Source of the DNA: Candidatus Latescibacterota bacterium | GTDB lineage: Bacteria; Latescibacterota; UBA2968; GCA-2709665 | NCBI GenBank assembly: GCA_965248435.1 | Contig: OZ252100.1 | Coordinates: 2,976,001 to 3,040,000, forward strand | Reading direction: 5' to 3' | Length of the DNA stretch: 64,000 bases | In this document: piece after piece, positions 10,686 through 20,883 of the stretch | Position numbering within the stretch: position 1 is the first letter of the stretch | Layout of the letters: every line of letters starts with the position of its first letter | Notes under the pieces: model-generated | The model's input: the letters and a program-made list of their open reading frames with translations, nothing else | Database searches by the model: none | What the model was told of the DNA's origin: nothing | Made by a program: the position numbers and the translations under genes

Positions 10686-11654
10686 TCAGATCGCCCGCCC
10701 TGGTATAGAGCGCGCGCCGTGTCTTTCGTCCCACCGGTCCTGCACCTCCTGTAAGACCCGCATTGCCGGCAGCACGGACTCCCCCGGGATTAACGGAGAT
10801 CGTCCTTCCCTCACCGACGCCACGAAGTCGCGTGCCACCATCCCACAGCTCTCTTCCTGGGAGGCGATCTTCGCAGCCCCTTCCTTTGTGACCAGCTCGT
10901 CATCCATTACATCCAGGCGATAGGAATTCTGATCGGTTGTGATCAACGCGTCGAAAATCTTCTCGTGACTGCAGTACGATCCTGTACAGACCAGCGACTG
11001 ATCCCTTTCGGTCTCCAACCCGATAAAGGCCTCCATCGGGACCCCAGTCTTTGTATGGGGGAGTGGCATAAAACTTTGAACCCGTCGCACCGGTTCGTCC
11101 AGCATCCAGAGACCGAAATCGAGCAGGTGCGTTGTGTGATGCCACAGAAGGTTGTCCGTCCAGCTGCGCTCGTATCCTGTTCCGCCCACGTTCGTCAGCC
11201 GGTGAATGAAGAACCGTCCTCCGATGTGCCGAACCTCTTCCTCGCCGGAGAGAACGCGTTCTTTCAGATCGGCCATCTCCCTTCTGACCCGCAGCGGGTG
11301 CACCACACCCAGCGTAAGGCCGCTCTCCTTGCCCGCCGCGACAACACGCTCCGAATCTGCGAGATTCATTGCAATCGGAATCTCAACCAGTGTATGCTTC
11401 CCGGTGGAAAGAGCGGCCAGAGCGTACTCCGCGTGAAGCTCGCTGGGGATCGCCAGAATCACCACATCGATCTCAGGATCAGACAGCGCCTTCGAAAAAT
11501 CGATCGTGGACTTTAGATATCCGTATCGCGACGCGAATTCACGTGTCGGCTCGGGCCGCCGGCCCACGATCGTGTGCAGACAACAATCCGCCTCTTTCAG
11601 GCCGTCTGAATGCCAAACCCCCATCATACCATACCCCACCATGCAGATGTTCAT
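10686..11654 (-). CDS. Gfo/Idh/MocA oxidoreductase (LigC-like)
   Basis: MNICMVGYGMMG, GKHTLVEIPIA and RSWTDNLLWHH. Confidence 0.85.
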   Translation of the reverse strand: MNICMVGYGMMGVWHSDGLKEADCCLHTIVGRRPEPTREFASRYGYLKSTIDFSKALSDPEIDVVILAIPSELHAEYALAALSTGKHTLVEIPIAMNLADSERVVAAGKESGLTLGVVHPLRVRREMADLKERVLSGEEEVRHIGGRFFIHRLTNVGGTGYERSWTDNLLWHHTTHLLDFGLWMLDEPVRRVQSFMPLPHTKTGVPMEAFIGLETERDQSLVCTGSYCSHEKIFDALITTDQNSYRLDVMDDELVTKEGAAKIASQEESCGMVARDFVASVREGRSPLIPGESVLPAMRVLQEVQDRWDERHGARSIPGRAI

Positions 11655-11772
11655 CTCTCCTCCTTCACAGACTGACCTACACTTCGGCGTATCAAGAAAT
11701 AGAGCGCAAAAGCCGAGGCCCTTACGCTCTATCCATCCCGGATGGATCAACCCGTCCTGTCGCGGCGACCGC

Positions 11773-13080
11773 TCACCTTTTTTCCATCGCCATGTAAGCC
11801 CGTTCGCCCTCTCCGGTATAGATCTGTCTGGGCCTTGCGATCCCCATCTGATCGGTCAGCATCTCCTTCCACTGAGCCAGCCAGCCCGCCGTTCGGGGAA
11901 TCGCAAACAGGACCGGATACATGTCGATCGGAAGCCCCATGGCCTGATAGATGATTCCCGAATAAAAGTCTACGTTGGGATACAGCTTCCGGGATATGAA
12001 ATAGTCATCCTCAAGAGCGATGCGCTCCAGCTCCAGCGCGATGTCGATCAGAGGATTCTTCCCCGTCACCTCGAACACCTCATACGCGGTCTTCTTGACC
12101 ACGGCGGCCCGCGGATCGTAGTGACGGTAGACGGCGTGGCCGAACCCCTGAACCAGAACCTCCTTTTTCTTCGCTCGCTCGATATAGTCCGGGACCCGGT
12201 CTATGCTGCCAATCTCATTGAGCATCTTGAGAACGGCTTCATTGGCCCCGCCGTGCCTGGGCCCGTAAAGCGCGCCTGCCGCCCCAGCAATCGACGAGTA
12301 CGGATCGGCCAGTGAACTCCCGATGACCCGCATCGTACTCGCGCTGCAATTCTGTTCGTGGTCGGCGTGAAGGATGAAAAGCACTTCGAATGCCCGCTCC
12401 AGAACCGGATCTGGCTTGTAGGGCTTGCCCGGAATCCCGAACAGCATATTCCTGAGGTTTGCACAATAGCTGAGGTCTGGATCCGGGTAGATATAAGGAA
12501 GTCCACGGCTGTGCCGGTAGCCAAACGCGGCAACGGTGGCCACTTTGCTGACCAGCCTTGCGATGTGCAGGTCCATCACCTCTGGGTCTTCAATTTCCCT
12601 GGCGTCGGGATAAAACGTCGACTTCGCCCCCAGAACGCTAACCAACATCCCCATGGTGTGTGAACCCCAACGGAAGCCATCAAGGAAATTCTTGATGCTC
12701 TCGTGGATCATCGCATGGGACTTAACCTTTTGGACCCACGACGTATACTGGCCTGAGTTCGGAAGATTCCCATAAAGGAGAAGGTAGGCCGCCTCCAGGT
12801 AATCGCTCTGTTCCGCAAGTTGGTCAATCGGGTACCCACGGTAGCGAAGAATGCCCTTTTCTCCGTCGATGAATGTTACGGAGCTCTTGCAGGATGCCGT
12901 CGTTCGGAAACCTGGATCGAAGGCAAGGAGACCAAAGTCGTCGTCTGACACCTTGATCTGCCTCAGAATGCTTCCGTCGATGGCTGCCCCGTATTTGGGG
13001 TAGGTCCCGTAAGATATCGGGGCCTCGTAAGTCTTCCCGGTTCGGTTATCAGTAATCGTAAGCGAATCCTTACCCATCAA
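11773..13080 (-). CDS. gltA: citrate synthase
   Basis: LHADHEQNCS, GPRHGGANEAV, GFGHAVY, LYPNVDFYSG and RPRQIY. Confidence 0.97.
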   Translation of the reverse strand: MMGKDSLTITDNRTGKTYEAPISYGTYPKYGAAIDGSILRQIKVSDDDFGLLAFDPGFRTTASCKSSVTFIDGEKGILRYRGYPIDQLAEQSDYLEAAYLLLYGNLPNSGQYTSWVQKVKSHAMIHESIKNFLDGFRWGSHTMGMLVSVLGAKSTFYPDAREIEDPEVMDLHIARLVSKVATVAAFGYRHSRGLPYIYPDPDLSYCANLRNMLFGIPGKPYKPDPVLERAFEVLFILHADHEQNCSASTMRVIGSSLADPYSSIAGAAGALYGPRHGGANEAVLKMLNEIGSIDRVPDYIERAKKKEVLVQGFGHAVYRHYDPRAAVVKKTAYEVFEVTGKNPLIDIALELERIALEDDYFISRKLYPNVDFYSGIIYQAMGLPIDMYPVLFAIPRTAGWLAQWKEMLTDQMGIARPRQIYTGEGERAYMAMEKR

Positions 13081-13119
13081 TTGCTCCTTTCTCAGTGGCC
13101 TTCGGCAGGCGAGGGCACG

Positions 13120-13809
13120 TTATCCTTTGACCAAGTAAATAACGCTGTCCAGAGGCCTGCCCGTCAGATCGAAATCCCTTGCGTTCAGAACGTTGAAATC
13201 GCCAAACGACTCCTCCAGGGCCCGCTCATACGCCTTGTTCTGGGCGTGCGCCCATATTCCCATCGCCCCCGAGGGTCTCAAACGGATTCGAAGGAGATTC
13301 AGCATCGACAGGCTGTACATCCTGCGGTTCTCCTTGCGCACGACCCAATCCGACCCGTTGTCTACGTCAATAACGATCCCGTTGTAGCTTCTGGGATTGC
13401 CGTGGAGAAAATCGTGAAAGTCACCGATGACCACTTCCGTCCGAGAATCGTCCAGGATCTCGCCATTTCCGAGATGCTTGCGATTCCAGGCTACGATTTT
13501 AGGTGAAAGCTCCACCACGCAAACCTGGCGCACCTCCCGGTAGGCCAGCACCTGCTTGAGAGCAAACCCCATCCCAAGCCCTCCGATCAGCACATCCGCA
13601 CCCCGACGAGAGCCCATTGCATTCAACACACCATCTGCAAGCGCCTCGCAAGACGGTGCGTTGTAGCTCGCCATCAAGAAAACACCGTCGAAGATCAACT
13701 CATGATGAGTCTCGTTCCCGTGGCTGATCTGCTTAAGCTGGAGCTCCCCGTTCGGGGTATTCAATCGTTCCAGGATGATGTCTTCACACCCATTAGCTGC
13801 GGCACTCAA
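13120..13809 (-). CDS. spermidine synthase-like SAM-fold protein
   Basis: VLIGGLGMGF, VVELSP and DVDNG motifs. Confidence 0.8.
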   Translation of the reverse strand: MSAAANGCEDIILERLNTPNGELQLKQISHGNETHHELIFDGVFLMASYNAPSCEALADGVLNAMGSRRGADVLIGGLGMGFALKQVLAYREVRQVCVVELSPKIVAWNRKHLGNGEILDDSRTEVVIGDFHDFLHGNPRSYNGIVIDVDNGSDWVVRKENRRMYSLSMLNLLRIRLRPSGAMGIWAHAQNKAYERALEESFGDFNVLNARDFDLTGRPLDSVIYLVKG

Positions 13810-14004
13810 ATCGAATCCTAGCTCACGTATGATAAGACAGAATACTGATTATCCAAGGGCTTTTGAAGCCGCACTGTTTCCGATTCCGATTCTGCTGCCA
13901 TCGAGAAGTTATAAATAATGAACACAGGCTAAACGGCTTGACTTTTTTTCCTCGCCTCTCTTTGTTATGCTCTCAATCCAACCTTAATCAGGCAAAGATG
14001 ATCC

Positions 14005-14979
14005 ATGCCGCACCCGCGCTTCGATCGAACCAAGCTGAAGCTGGCGCCCCTCAGAGAGAGACGCCACGATATGACGCTGGACGACGTCTTGAATCTGGAC
14101 GCGTCCGTACCTCCATTCGAGGGCAAGAGCCTCAAGGACGTTGCTGACCGGATTCTATCGGCTCGAAATGACGACCGGCCTGTCATCGTGATGATGGGTG
14201 CCCACGTCATCAAGGTCGGCCTGTCCCGATTCTTGATCGACCTGATGGAGCGAGGCCACATCACCCACATCGCCGCAAACGGTGGCACTCTGATCCACGA
14301 TTTCGAACTGGCCCTGATCGGCGCCACGACGGAAAGCGTCGCGCACTACATTCAGACAGGAGAGTTCGGTCTGTGGGAAGAGACGGGTCGCATCAACACC
14401 GTCGCAGTCACCGCGGCCATGGACCAGATGGGACTTGGGGAGGCCGTAGGCCGCGAGGTCCTTCGACTCGATCCACCGCACGCAGATGTGAGCATCTACG
14501 CAGCTGCCGCTCGTCTTGGCATCCCTGCGACCGTTCACGTCGGCATGGGCTTCGACAACTTTCACGAACACCCCAACTGCGATGGAGCCGCTATCGGAGA
14601 AACCTCATACACGGATTTTCTGGTCCTTGCGCATTCAGTCTCGAGTCTGGAAGGAGGCGTCTTCTTGAATCTGGGCTCCGCCGTCACGGGACCGGAGGTC
14701 TTTTTGAAGGCCCTGGCGATGTGTCGAAACGTGGCCAGACAAGAGGGAAGAAGCATTTCCCGTTTCACGACAGCAGTTTTCGACCTGATCGAACTGGGAT
14801 CCGACCTCGACGCCGAGGCCCCCAAGACCGACCCGCGGTACTACTACCGTCCCTTCAAATCCCTCCTCGTCCGCTGCGTTCGGGGCGGCGGCGAAAGCTT
14901 CTATGTCCAGGGCGATCACGCCCAGACCATTCCAAACCTCTACAAACACCTCGTATCCGGCCCGCCCAGCGCAGGTTAA
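14005..14979 (+). CDS. conserved protein with deoxyhypusine-synthase-like fold
   Basis: MGAHVIKVG, IHDFELAL, LNLGSAVTGPEVFLKAL and GDH motifs. Confidence 0.65.
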   Translation: MPHPRFDRTKLKLAPLRERRHDMTLDDVLNLDASVPPFEGKSLKDVADRILSARNDDRPVIVMMGAHVIKVGLSRFLIDLMERGHITHIAANGGTLIHDFELALIGATTESVAHYIQTGEFGLWEETGRINTVAVTAAMDQMGLGEAVGREVLRLDPPHADVSIYAAAARLGIPATVHVGMGFDNFHEHPNCDGAAIGETSYTDFLVLAHSVSSLEGGVFLNLGSAVTGPEVFLKALAMCRNVARQEGRSISRFTTAVFDLIELGSDLDAEAPKTDPRYYYRPFKSLLVRCVRGGGESFYVQGDHAQTIPNLYKHLVSGPPSAG

Positions 14980-15755
14980 CCCCCGCTTCCACCCTTTGCT
15001 CCGCAAAACATCGTATGTTTGGCTTCGAAGATCTGTCTCTCGGAGTAGTGAGCTACAGTGCAGACCTCCTTGCCATCTTTCTCGATCGGTGTCGGCCGTC
15101 GGACGATGAACTCTGCACGATCGAACGTGTTATAGATAACGTGCGCCATGGAGAACCACTCGATCCAATGCTCCCGGGTGGAACCGAAATCCGGAAGCGC
15201 TACAGGACCGGTATCGACCTGAAATCGTTTCTTTTCGGTCTGAAAGCTGATCGTCCTGACCGGATATTCGATCGCCGCCCGCATCTGTCGTTCCGAATCC
15301 CATATCTCGGTTTGGGCCACGATCGGCAGTCTCTCTTTTATCGCTTCTATGACGTCCTCTTCTGTCTCCAGAACCTGTGCACCGGGGAGAGGCTGAATCG
15401 TGAAGGTCAGAGAGGTAAATCGCTCGGTCACCTCACCTGAGTCCGGTTCTCCCATATAGGTCATTGCCCTTCCCATGCTCGTGTGCCTGCTCCGAGACCA
15501 CAAAACCCGGTACTCTCTGCTCGGCACTTGAAACAGGACGTCATCGCGATACATCCACTCCGTGCGGCAGGGCACGATCAGGAAGAACTCGTCCGACTCT
15601 CCAGAACCTTCATCCGTCAGCACACACCTCGCGTCGAGTAAGATTCGGGCCCAGTTGCCCCACTTCATGTGCCCCGGTTTGCGCGTATCTTTGAGATCGG
15701 ATTCGGCATGGCGAGTGTGGTACGAATTCGCAAAGTCTGTGGGCTGCACGTTCAC
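14976..15755 (-). CDS. hypothetical protein
   Basis: Long ORF co-oriented with upstream gene; GTG start at 15755 inferred. Confidence 0.6.
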   Translation of the reverse strand: MNVQPTDFANSYHTRHAESDLKDTRKPGHMKWGNWARILLDARCVLTDEGSGESDEFFLIVPCRTEWMYRDDVLFQVPSREYRVLWSRSRHTSMGRAMTYMGEPDSGEVTERFTSLTFTIQPLPGAQVLETEEDVIEAIKERLPIVAQTEIWDSERQMRAAIEYPVRTISFQTEKKRFQVDTGPVALPDFGSTREHWIEWFSMAHVIYNTFDRAEFIVRRPTPIEKDGKEVCTVAHYSERQIFEAKHTMFCGAKGGSGG

Positions 15756-15771
15756 CTCTCTTAGTTCGTCT

Positions 15772-16599
15772 TTAAAGATTACCCCCGCACATCTTGCAAA
15801 AGGCCGCACTGTCATCGTGGCCTGGCACGCCACAGGCGGGGCAGACCTTCGAGCTCATTCTCTGTCTCATTACCATAGAGAGTTCCGCAGTCATAATCCC
15901 TGTCGGTACGGCGAGGATGCCGTAGCCCATGATCATCACGATGGACGCCAGCACTTTGCCCAGGTCGGTCTGCGGAGAGATATCCCCATAACCCACCGTC
16001 GTCAACGTAACGATGGCCCAATACACGCTGTGAGGAATGCTCGTGAATCCGTTCTCTTCTCCTTCGATGACATACATCATAGATCCGAGAATGACGACCA
16101 ATGTGAGAACCGTAACCAGAAAGACCGTGACTTTTCGCCTGCTCGCGCGCAAAGCCTGAGTCAGCAGATTCGCTTCGCCGAGATACTGCGCGAGCTTCAG
16201 CACCCGAAACACGCGAAGGACCCGAAGTAACCTGACCACGGTCAGGTACTGGGTACCCGGAAGCAACAAGCTGAGATAGGTGGGCACGATCGCGAGCAGG
16301 TCCACGAGTCCGAAAAAACTCCTCGCGTAGGCGAAGGGTCGAAGGGCGCAGAGAAGCCGCAAAACGTATTCAACCGAGAACAAGAGTGTGAACATCCATT
16401 CGATACCGTAGAGCAAATCGCCATAATCATTTCTCAAGCTGTTTACGCTATCGAGCATCACCGCAGCCACGCTCGATGCGATGGCCAGGATCAGGATGAC
16501 ATCGAAACCTTTACCGCCAGGTGTCTCCGCCTCGAAGATGACCCTGTGAAGTGATTCTCGCCAGTTCGCGCGACCGCGTCCGTCACCCGCAGAGTCCAT
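15772..16599 (-). CDS. voltage-gated potassium channel-like ion transporter
   Basis: S4 RLLRVLRVFRVLK, TLTTVGYGD filter, C-terminal CPAC...CKMCG zinc ribbon. Confidence 0.92.
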   Translation of the reverse strand: MDSAGDGRGRANWRESLHRVIFEAETPGGKGFDVILILAIASSVAAVMLDSVNSLRNDYGDLLYGIEWMFTLLFSVEYVLRLLCALRPFAYARSFFGLVDLLAIVPTYLSLLLPGTQYLTVVRLLRVLRVFRVLKLAQYLGEANLLTQALRASRRKVTVFLVTVLTLVVILGSMMYVIEGEENGFTSIPHSVYWAIVTLTTVGYGDISPQTDLGKVLASIVMIMGYGILAVPTGIMTAELSMVMRQRMSSKVCPACGVPGHDDSAAFCKMCGGNL

Positions 16600-16689
16600 A
16601 GGTCCTTACCAAGTTTCCATTTCAAGATGCTAAAAAGGAGTCCTTCTCCCCTTTTGCGTTCGAATGCTGTGTGACCGGAATAAAACCCT

Positions 16690-17610
16690 TCAAACGCGTT
16701 CGAAGAGAGAATTCAGATTCGCATAGTTGATCCGCATCGCCTCTGCGGGTGAACCGCTTTCGGGTCGGAAGTGTGTCGCGGAAGCCAGGACGACATCGGT
16801 GCCGCTACTCTTCAGATTCTGCAGGATGGTCGGGAAATCAACATCGCCCTCACCGATCGGGCGATACTCGAAGTTCAACTGAAACCCATCGATCACGTGC
16901 AGATCTTTGAGATGAAGCGAGTTCAGATAAGGGCGCACGTTTATGAATCCGGATGTGGCCACATCTTTCTCTCCGCAGTTCATGTTGTCGGCGGGTCCCC
17001 ACATCACTTTGATCCGCCGGGAGTTCAACCGCTCGGCCAGGAGACGAAAATTCCCTGTGGTGTTCGTATAGTTCCACGGCATCATCGATAGTACGACATC
17101 CACGTCGTGCTCCTCTGCCCGATCCAGAACCAGAGAGAACACCTTCACCAGCTTCTCCATATCCACTTCGGCGATCACGCCGCCCCTCGTCAGCCACCGC
17201 ATCGGCCAGGTCGCCTTCTGACCGACATACTCTCCCGGCCAGGCAAAAGTATAGGCCAGTACCGCGCCTACGTTGAGCCGGTTGGCAATTTCCATGGAGC
17301 GGACCAAGCCGTCGAGGTCGGCTCTGAACTCTGCATTGTCGTTCATCGAGTCCAGGCCCAGATCGCTCAGGTGAATCTTCTTAAAAGGACTCCCCGCGGC
17401 GACCATGAACAGTTTCAAATCGTTACGCGCAACCTGCTCGCCGATCTCATCGATTTGATCATCCGACATGGCAGCCAGGTTGGGTTGGTCCTTCAACCTG
17501 TCAAACCAAACATATTCCGCGCCGATCTCTCTGGCCGTACGAAGCCCCTCTTCGAAAGGCATCTGTAATTCATTCAGGAACATACCCAGCTTGAAGCGGA
17601 AGTCTGGCAA
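16690..17610 (-). CDS. sugar phosphate isomerase/epimerase (xylose isomerase-like TIM barrel)
   Basis: LHLKD and PIGEGDVDF motifs; TTG start with AAGGAG RBS. Confidence 0.8.
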   Translation of the reverse strand: MPDFRFKLGMFLNELQMPFEEGLRTAREIGAEYVWFDRLKDQPNLAAMSDDQIDEIGEQVARNDLKLFMVAAGSPFKKIHLSDLGLDSMNDNAEFRADLDGLVRSMEIANRLNVGAVLAYTFAWPGEYVGQKATWPMRWLTRGGVIAEVDMEKLVKVFSLVLDRAEEHDVDVVLSMMPWNYTNTTGNFRLLAERLNSRRIKVMWGPADNMNCGEKDVATSGFINVRPYLNSLHLKDLHVIDGFQLNFEYRPIGEGDVDFPTILQNLKSSGTDVVLASATHFRPESGSPAEAMRINYANLNSLFERV

Positions 17611-17755
17611 GTCGGATCTCCTTTGCAAAAGCCTCAGAAACACTGAACAGCGCTGGAATTTTCGCTTCCCAAAGTACTCAAATGCCTTATCATGTCAAGC
17701 GCTTATGAACACAAACGGATAGCACGGCGATTACCCTCTGATAGGAGTTTTACCC

Positions 17756-18529
17756 ATGAAAATCGTTCGTTATGAGTCGCAAGGCGAGACCGACTATGGC
17801 ATTCTCCAAGAGGACGAGACGGTCCATCGTCTGGCGCGTTCCCCATTCGAAGGCCTCGAAACTGACGGAACAGTCGTCCAGTTGAATCAGGTAAGCGTTC
17901 GTTCACCCCTCGAATCCCCAAGGGTCATCGGTGTGGGGCTCAACTACGCCAAGCACGCGCGTGAGTCGGGGCACGAGCCACCATCCTTTCCGATGCTGTT
18001 CATGAAACCCTCCACCGCGGTCATCGGTCCCGAAGAGCCCATCATCTACCCAACGCAGGGCGAGGAGGTCCACTATGAGTGTGAACTCGCCGTCGTCATC
18101 GGAAAGCCCGCCAGGAGGGTGTCGAAATCGCAGGCTTTGGACTACGTCCTTGGCTATACGTGCGGGAATGATGTGAGCGAACGCACGATTCAATTCGCCG
18201 AAATGAAAACGGGCTGCATGCTCATAGGAAAGGGGTTCGATACGTTCTGTCCACTCGGGCCGTGCATCGCGACCGATCTGGATCCCACGAACCTCGACCT
18301 GTCTACACGCTTGAACGGCGAGACCAGACAAGATGCGAACACCTCGGATCTCATCTTCCCGGTGGCCGATCTGGTCGCCTATATCAGTGAGGCCTTCACC
18401 CTCCTTTCCGGCGATGTGATTATGACGGGAACCCCGGAGGGCATTGGACCGATGAGCCCTGGAGACACCGTGGAAATCGAAGTCGAAGGGGTCGGAACCC
18501 TTCGCAATTCTGTGGTTTCGGAAACCTGA
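17756..18529 (+). CDS. fumarylacetoacetate hydrolase family protein
   Basis: GLNYAKH, YECELAVVIG, NDVSER, GKGFDTF and GDVIMTGTP. Confidence 0.93.
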   Translation: MKIVRYESQGETDYGILQEDETVHRLARSPFEGLETDGTVVQLNQVSVRSPLESPRVIGVGLNYAKHARESGHEPPSFPMLFMKPSTAVIGPEEPIIYPTQGEEVHYECELAVVIGKPARRVSKSQALDYVLGYTCGNDVSERTIQFAEMKTGCMLIGKGFDTFCPLGPCIATDLDPTNLDLSTRLNGETRQDANTSDLIFPVADLVAYISEAFTLLSGDVIMTGTPEGIGPMSPGDTVEIEVEGVGTLRNSVVSET

Positions 18530-18549
18530 CAGCCTTCCCTATTGTGCAC

Positions 18550-18582
18550 AAAAAATCCGTCCGGACCCTATCTCCGGACGGA
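18550..18582 (-). terminator. intrinsic terminator between convergent genes
   Basis: TCCGTCCGGA-7nt-TCCGGACGGA stem preceded by an A6 run (U-tract on minus strand). Confidence 0.7.
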
Positions 18583-18615
18583 ACCTTCCCATCACACCGA
18601 AGAATGATACACGCC

Positions 18616-19503
18616 TCAATCCGGTTCTACTCGACCCAGCCCTCCGGGCGGGCGGGATCTTCCAACAAACCCTGCAAGCACGACCATCGTCAGGACGAAG
18701 GGCAGGGCAAGGAAGACTTCGGACGGAATCTCAGTCTTCCATCCTTGTAATCCGTCTGCAACAGCCTCCGCGCCTCCAAAGAAGAGGCAGGCCCCGACTA
18801 CGCCGAGCGGATGCCACTTTCCGAAAACGAGCGCTGCCAGGGCGATGAACCCCCGACCCGCTGTCATTCGCTCCACGAACTGGCTCAGGTCCCCGAGGGC
18901 CAGATGTGCACCCCCAAACCCGGCGAGGATGCCGCTCATCAGGACGCCGAGGACGCGGATTCTTGACGTCCTTAACCCAGCTGCGCGCGCGACCTCAGGC
19001 GACTCGCCGATCGCCCTTGCGCGCAGTCCGGCCGGCGTGTGATAGAGTATATACCAGGCAATCAGAGCGACCAGAAAGGCCAGGGGCACGGTGATCGGTA
19101 GCTGCGCGCCAGGAAAAGGTATCATCTGAAGCTTGGGCGCGAAAGGGCTGCTGCCGTGGGCGCCGAAGTGTTGAAACAACAGGAACCCGGAGCCTCCCAG
19201 GGCCAGCAGGTTGACTGCTGTTCCGCTCACGATCTGGTCGATGCGCAGCCGAAGCGACGCAAACGCGTGCACACCCGCCAGCAAAAGACCGGCTAAGCCA
19301 CCGCAGACCAGCCCGACCCAGGCAGATCCCGTCGCAATCCCCCCGACTGCCGCCCCAAGGGCCCCGAACAACATCATTCCTTCGAGCGCGATGTTGATCA
19401 CGCCCGTCCGCTCAGAGGCCAGCCCCCCGATACCAGCAAGGAGAAGCGGCGCGGTCTTGGCCAGCGTCAACTGCAGCAGCACCCACCCGCTCAGGTCCAT
19501 CAC
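18616..19503 (-). CDS. ABC transporter permease (nucleoside/sugar type)
   Basis: ERTGVINIALEG, GLRARAIGE and GRGFIALAALVFGKWHP. Confidence 0.9.
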   Translation of the reverse strand: MMDLSGWVLLQLTLAKTAPLLLAGIGGLASERTGVINIALEGMMLFGALGAAVGGIATGSAWVGLVCGGLAGLLLAGVHAFASLRLRIDQIVSGTAVNLLALGGSGFLLFQHFGAHGSSPFAPKLQMIPFPGAQLPITVPLAFLVALIAWYILYHTPAGLRARAIGESPEVARAAGLRTSRIRVLGVLMSGILAGFGGAHLALGDLSQFVERMTAGRGFIALAALVFGKWHPLGVVGACLFFGGAEAVADGLQGWKTEIPSEVFLALPFVLTMVVLAGFVGRSRPPGGLGRVEPD

Positions 19504-19967
19504 GCCTCAGCGCCTGCAAGGTGGGCCGAATACGAAACAACCGCGTCTTCCTGCTCAGGAGTCTCGATAGACCCTGGTCGAATCTCCCTTACGAAGCGAA
19601 CTGCCTCAAAAGGGTCACGCCCTCGCTTGACCAGGTAGCAGGCCGCCATCGTTCCCGTCCGACCCATCCCCATCTTGCAGTGGACTGCCACGGGTCGCCC
19701 CGATCCAATCGAAGTCTCGACGAACGCGACGAACCTTTCGATGTCCGTGGGTGTCGGAGGTTCCAGGTCGGGAATAGGCAAGTGCAGAAAGTCGAATCCG
19801 GCAGAGCGCACAGTGAATTCTTCGAGCGGTTCCACGGTGAGCGAAACCACTGCACCCACGCCTTCCGCGTCCAGGAATTGGAGGTCCCGCTCAAGCGCTG
19901 TTTGTCCGGAGCCGGGTTTCGGCATGCCGGCCAACTCCCCCTCGATCACCCAGCTGAATCCATCCAT
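19500..19967 (-). CDS. dual-specificity protein phosphatase
   Basis: VHCKMGMGRTG (HCX5R), IPDLEPP and RPGSIET; start MDGFSW. Confidence 0.9.
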   Translation of the reverse strand: MDGFSWVIEGELAGMPKPGSGQTALERDLQFLDAEGVGAVVSLTVEPLEEFTVRSAGFDFLHLPIPDLEPPTPTDIERFVAFVETSIGSGRPVAVHCKMGMGRTGTMAACYLVKRGRDPFEAVRFVREIRPGSIETPEQEDAVVSYSAHLAGAEA

Positions 19968-19975
19968 ACCTACAG

Positions 19976-20428
19976 CTATGCCTCCTGCGATTTCTCTTTT
20001 GACGTAGAAGGGTCTCCCTCGATCCAGGCCTCCCCATCCGTCCACACCTCTTTCTTCCAGATCGGGACCTCCTTCTTCAATCGCTCGATTCCAAAATCGC
20101 AAGCCTCCAGGGCCGCCCTTCGATGGGGGGCTGAAACAGCGATCAGCACACTGATCTCCCCGATTTCCAGCCGCCCCAACCTGTGAAGCATGCCGACGCG
20201 GTTCACGTCCCACCGCCCTTTTATCTGCTCGCCGATCTCCCGCATCTTCTTTTCGGCCATCTCGTTGTATGCGTCATACACCAGATACTGGGTCTTCCGG
20301 TCCAGGGAATGGTCGCGAACCACCCCCGCAAAGGTGGCCACGGCCCCGTCTGACTTGTCCAGCAGGAGCGCGTGCAGCGCGTCCGGTGCGATCGATTCGT
20401 CAACGATCCGGTAAACATCCTCAGCCAT
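19976..20428 (-). CDS. moaE: molybdopterin synthase catalytic subunit
   Basis: FAGVVRD, HRLGRL, SAPHR and LKKEVPIWKKE. Confidence 0.93.
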   Translation of the reverse strand: MAEDVYRIVDESIAPDALHALLLDKSDGAVATFAGVVRDHSLDRKTQYLVYDAYNEMAEKKMREIGEQIKGRWDVNRVGMLHRLGRLEIGEISVLIAVSAPHRRAALEACDFGIERLKKEVPIWKKEVWTDGEAWIEGDPSTSKEKSQEA

Positions 20429-20527
20429 GTCTGGCATTCCCTGGCCAATTAGAAAGCTTCGCTTCGGACCAATCCATCGCTGCCTTCTTAGCCTCCATCC
20501 ACGATCCACGAACGACGATCAACGGAC

Positions 20528-20776
20528 CTACCGTCCTCCGCTTACAGGTGGAATGAGCGCAATCTCATCCCCATCTTCGAGCGCCCGGTCGCGCGCGACG
20601 TATGCTTGATTGACGGAAACCATCAAGCTCCTTTCCATCTCTCGAAAAGTGGGCGCCTGCGATGAAAGCGCTTCGATCAGGTCGTTCACGGACGCGCCCT
20701 CCGGGAGATCGATCTCCTGCTCCCGCTGACCGAAGATCTCCCGACACGTCGCGAAGTATAAGACCCTGACTTTCAT
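20528..20776 (-). CDS. moaD: molybdopterin synthase sulfur carrier
   Basis: YFA, VNQAY and GDEIALIPPVSGG followed by an extra Arg. Confidence 0.92.
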   Translation of the reverse strand: MKVRVLYFATCREIFGQREQEIDLPEGASVNDLIEALSSQAPTFREMERSLMVSVNQAYVARDRALEDGDEIALIPPVSGGR

Positions 20777-20783
20777 GAGAACA

Positions 20784-20864
20784 TCGTATCTCGTATTTCG
20801 TATTTCGCGTGATACCGAACAAGGCTGGAAACCCCGAGATACGCTTCACGAGGTACGAGATACG
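20784..20864. repeat. inverted heptamer arrays (TCGTATT)n ... (GATACGA)n
   Basis: tcgtatc-tcgtatt-tcgtatt-tcg, then cgagatacg...cgaggtacgagatacg in the moaD-pncB spacer. Confidence 0.7.
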
Positions 20865-20883
20865 GCCTTTTTAAATCCGCAAT

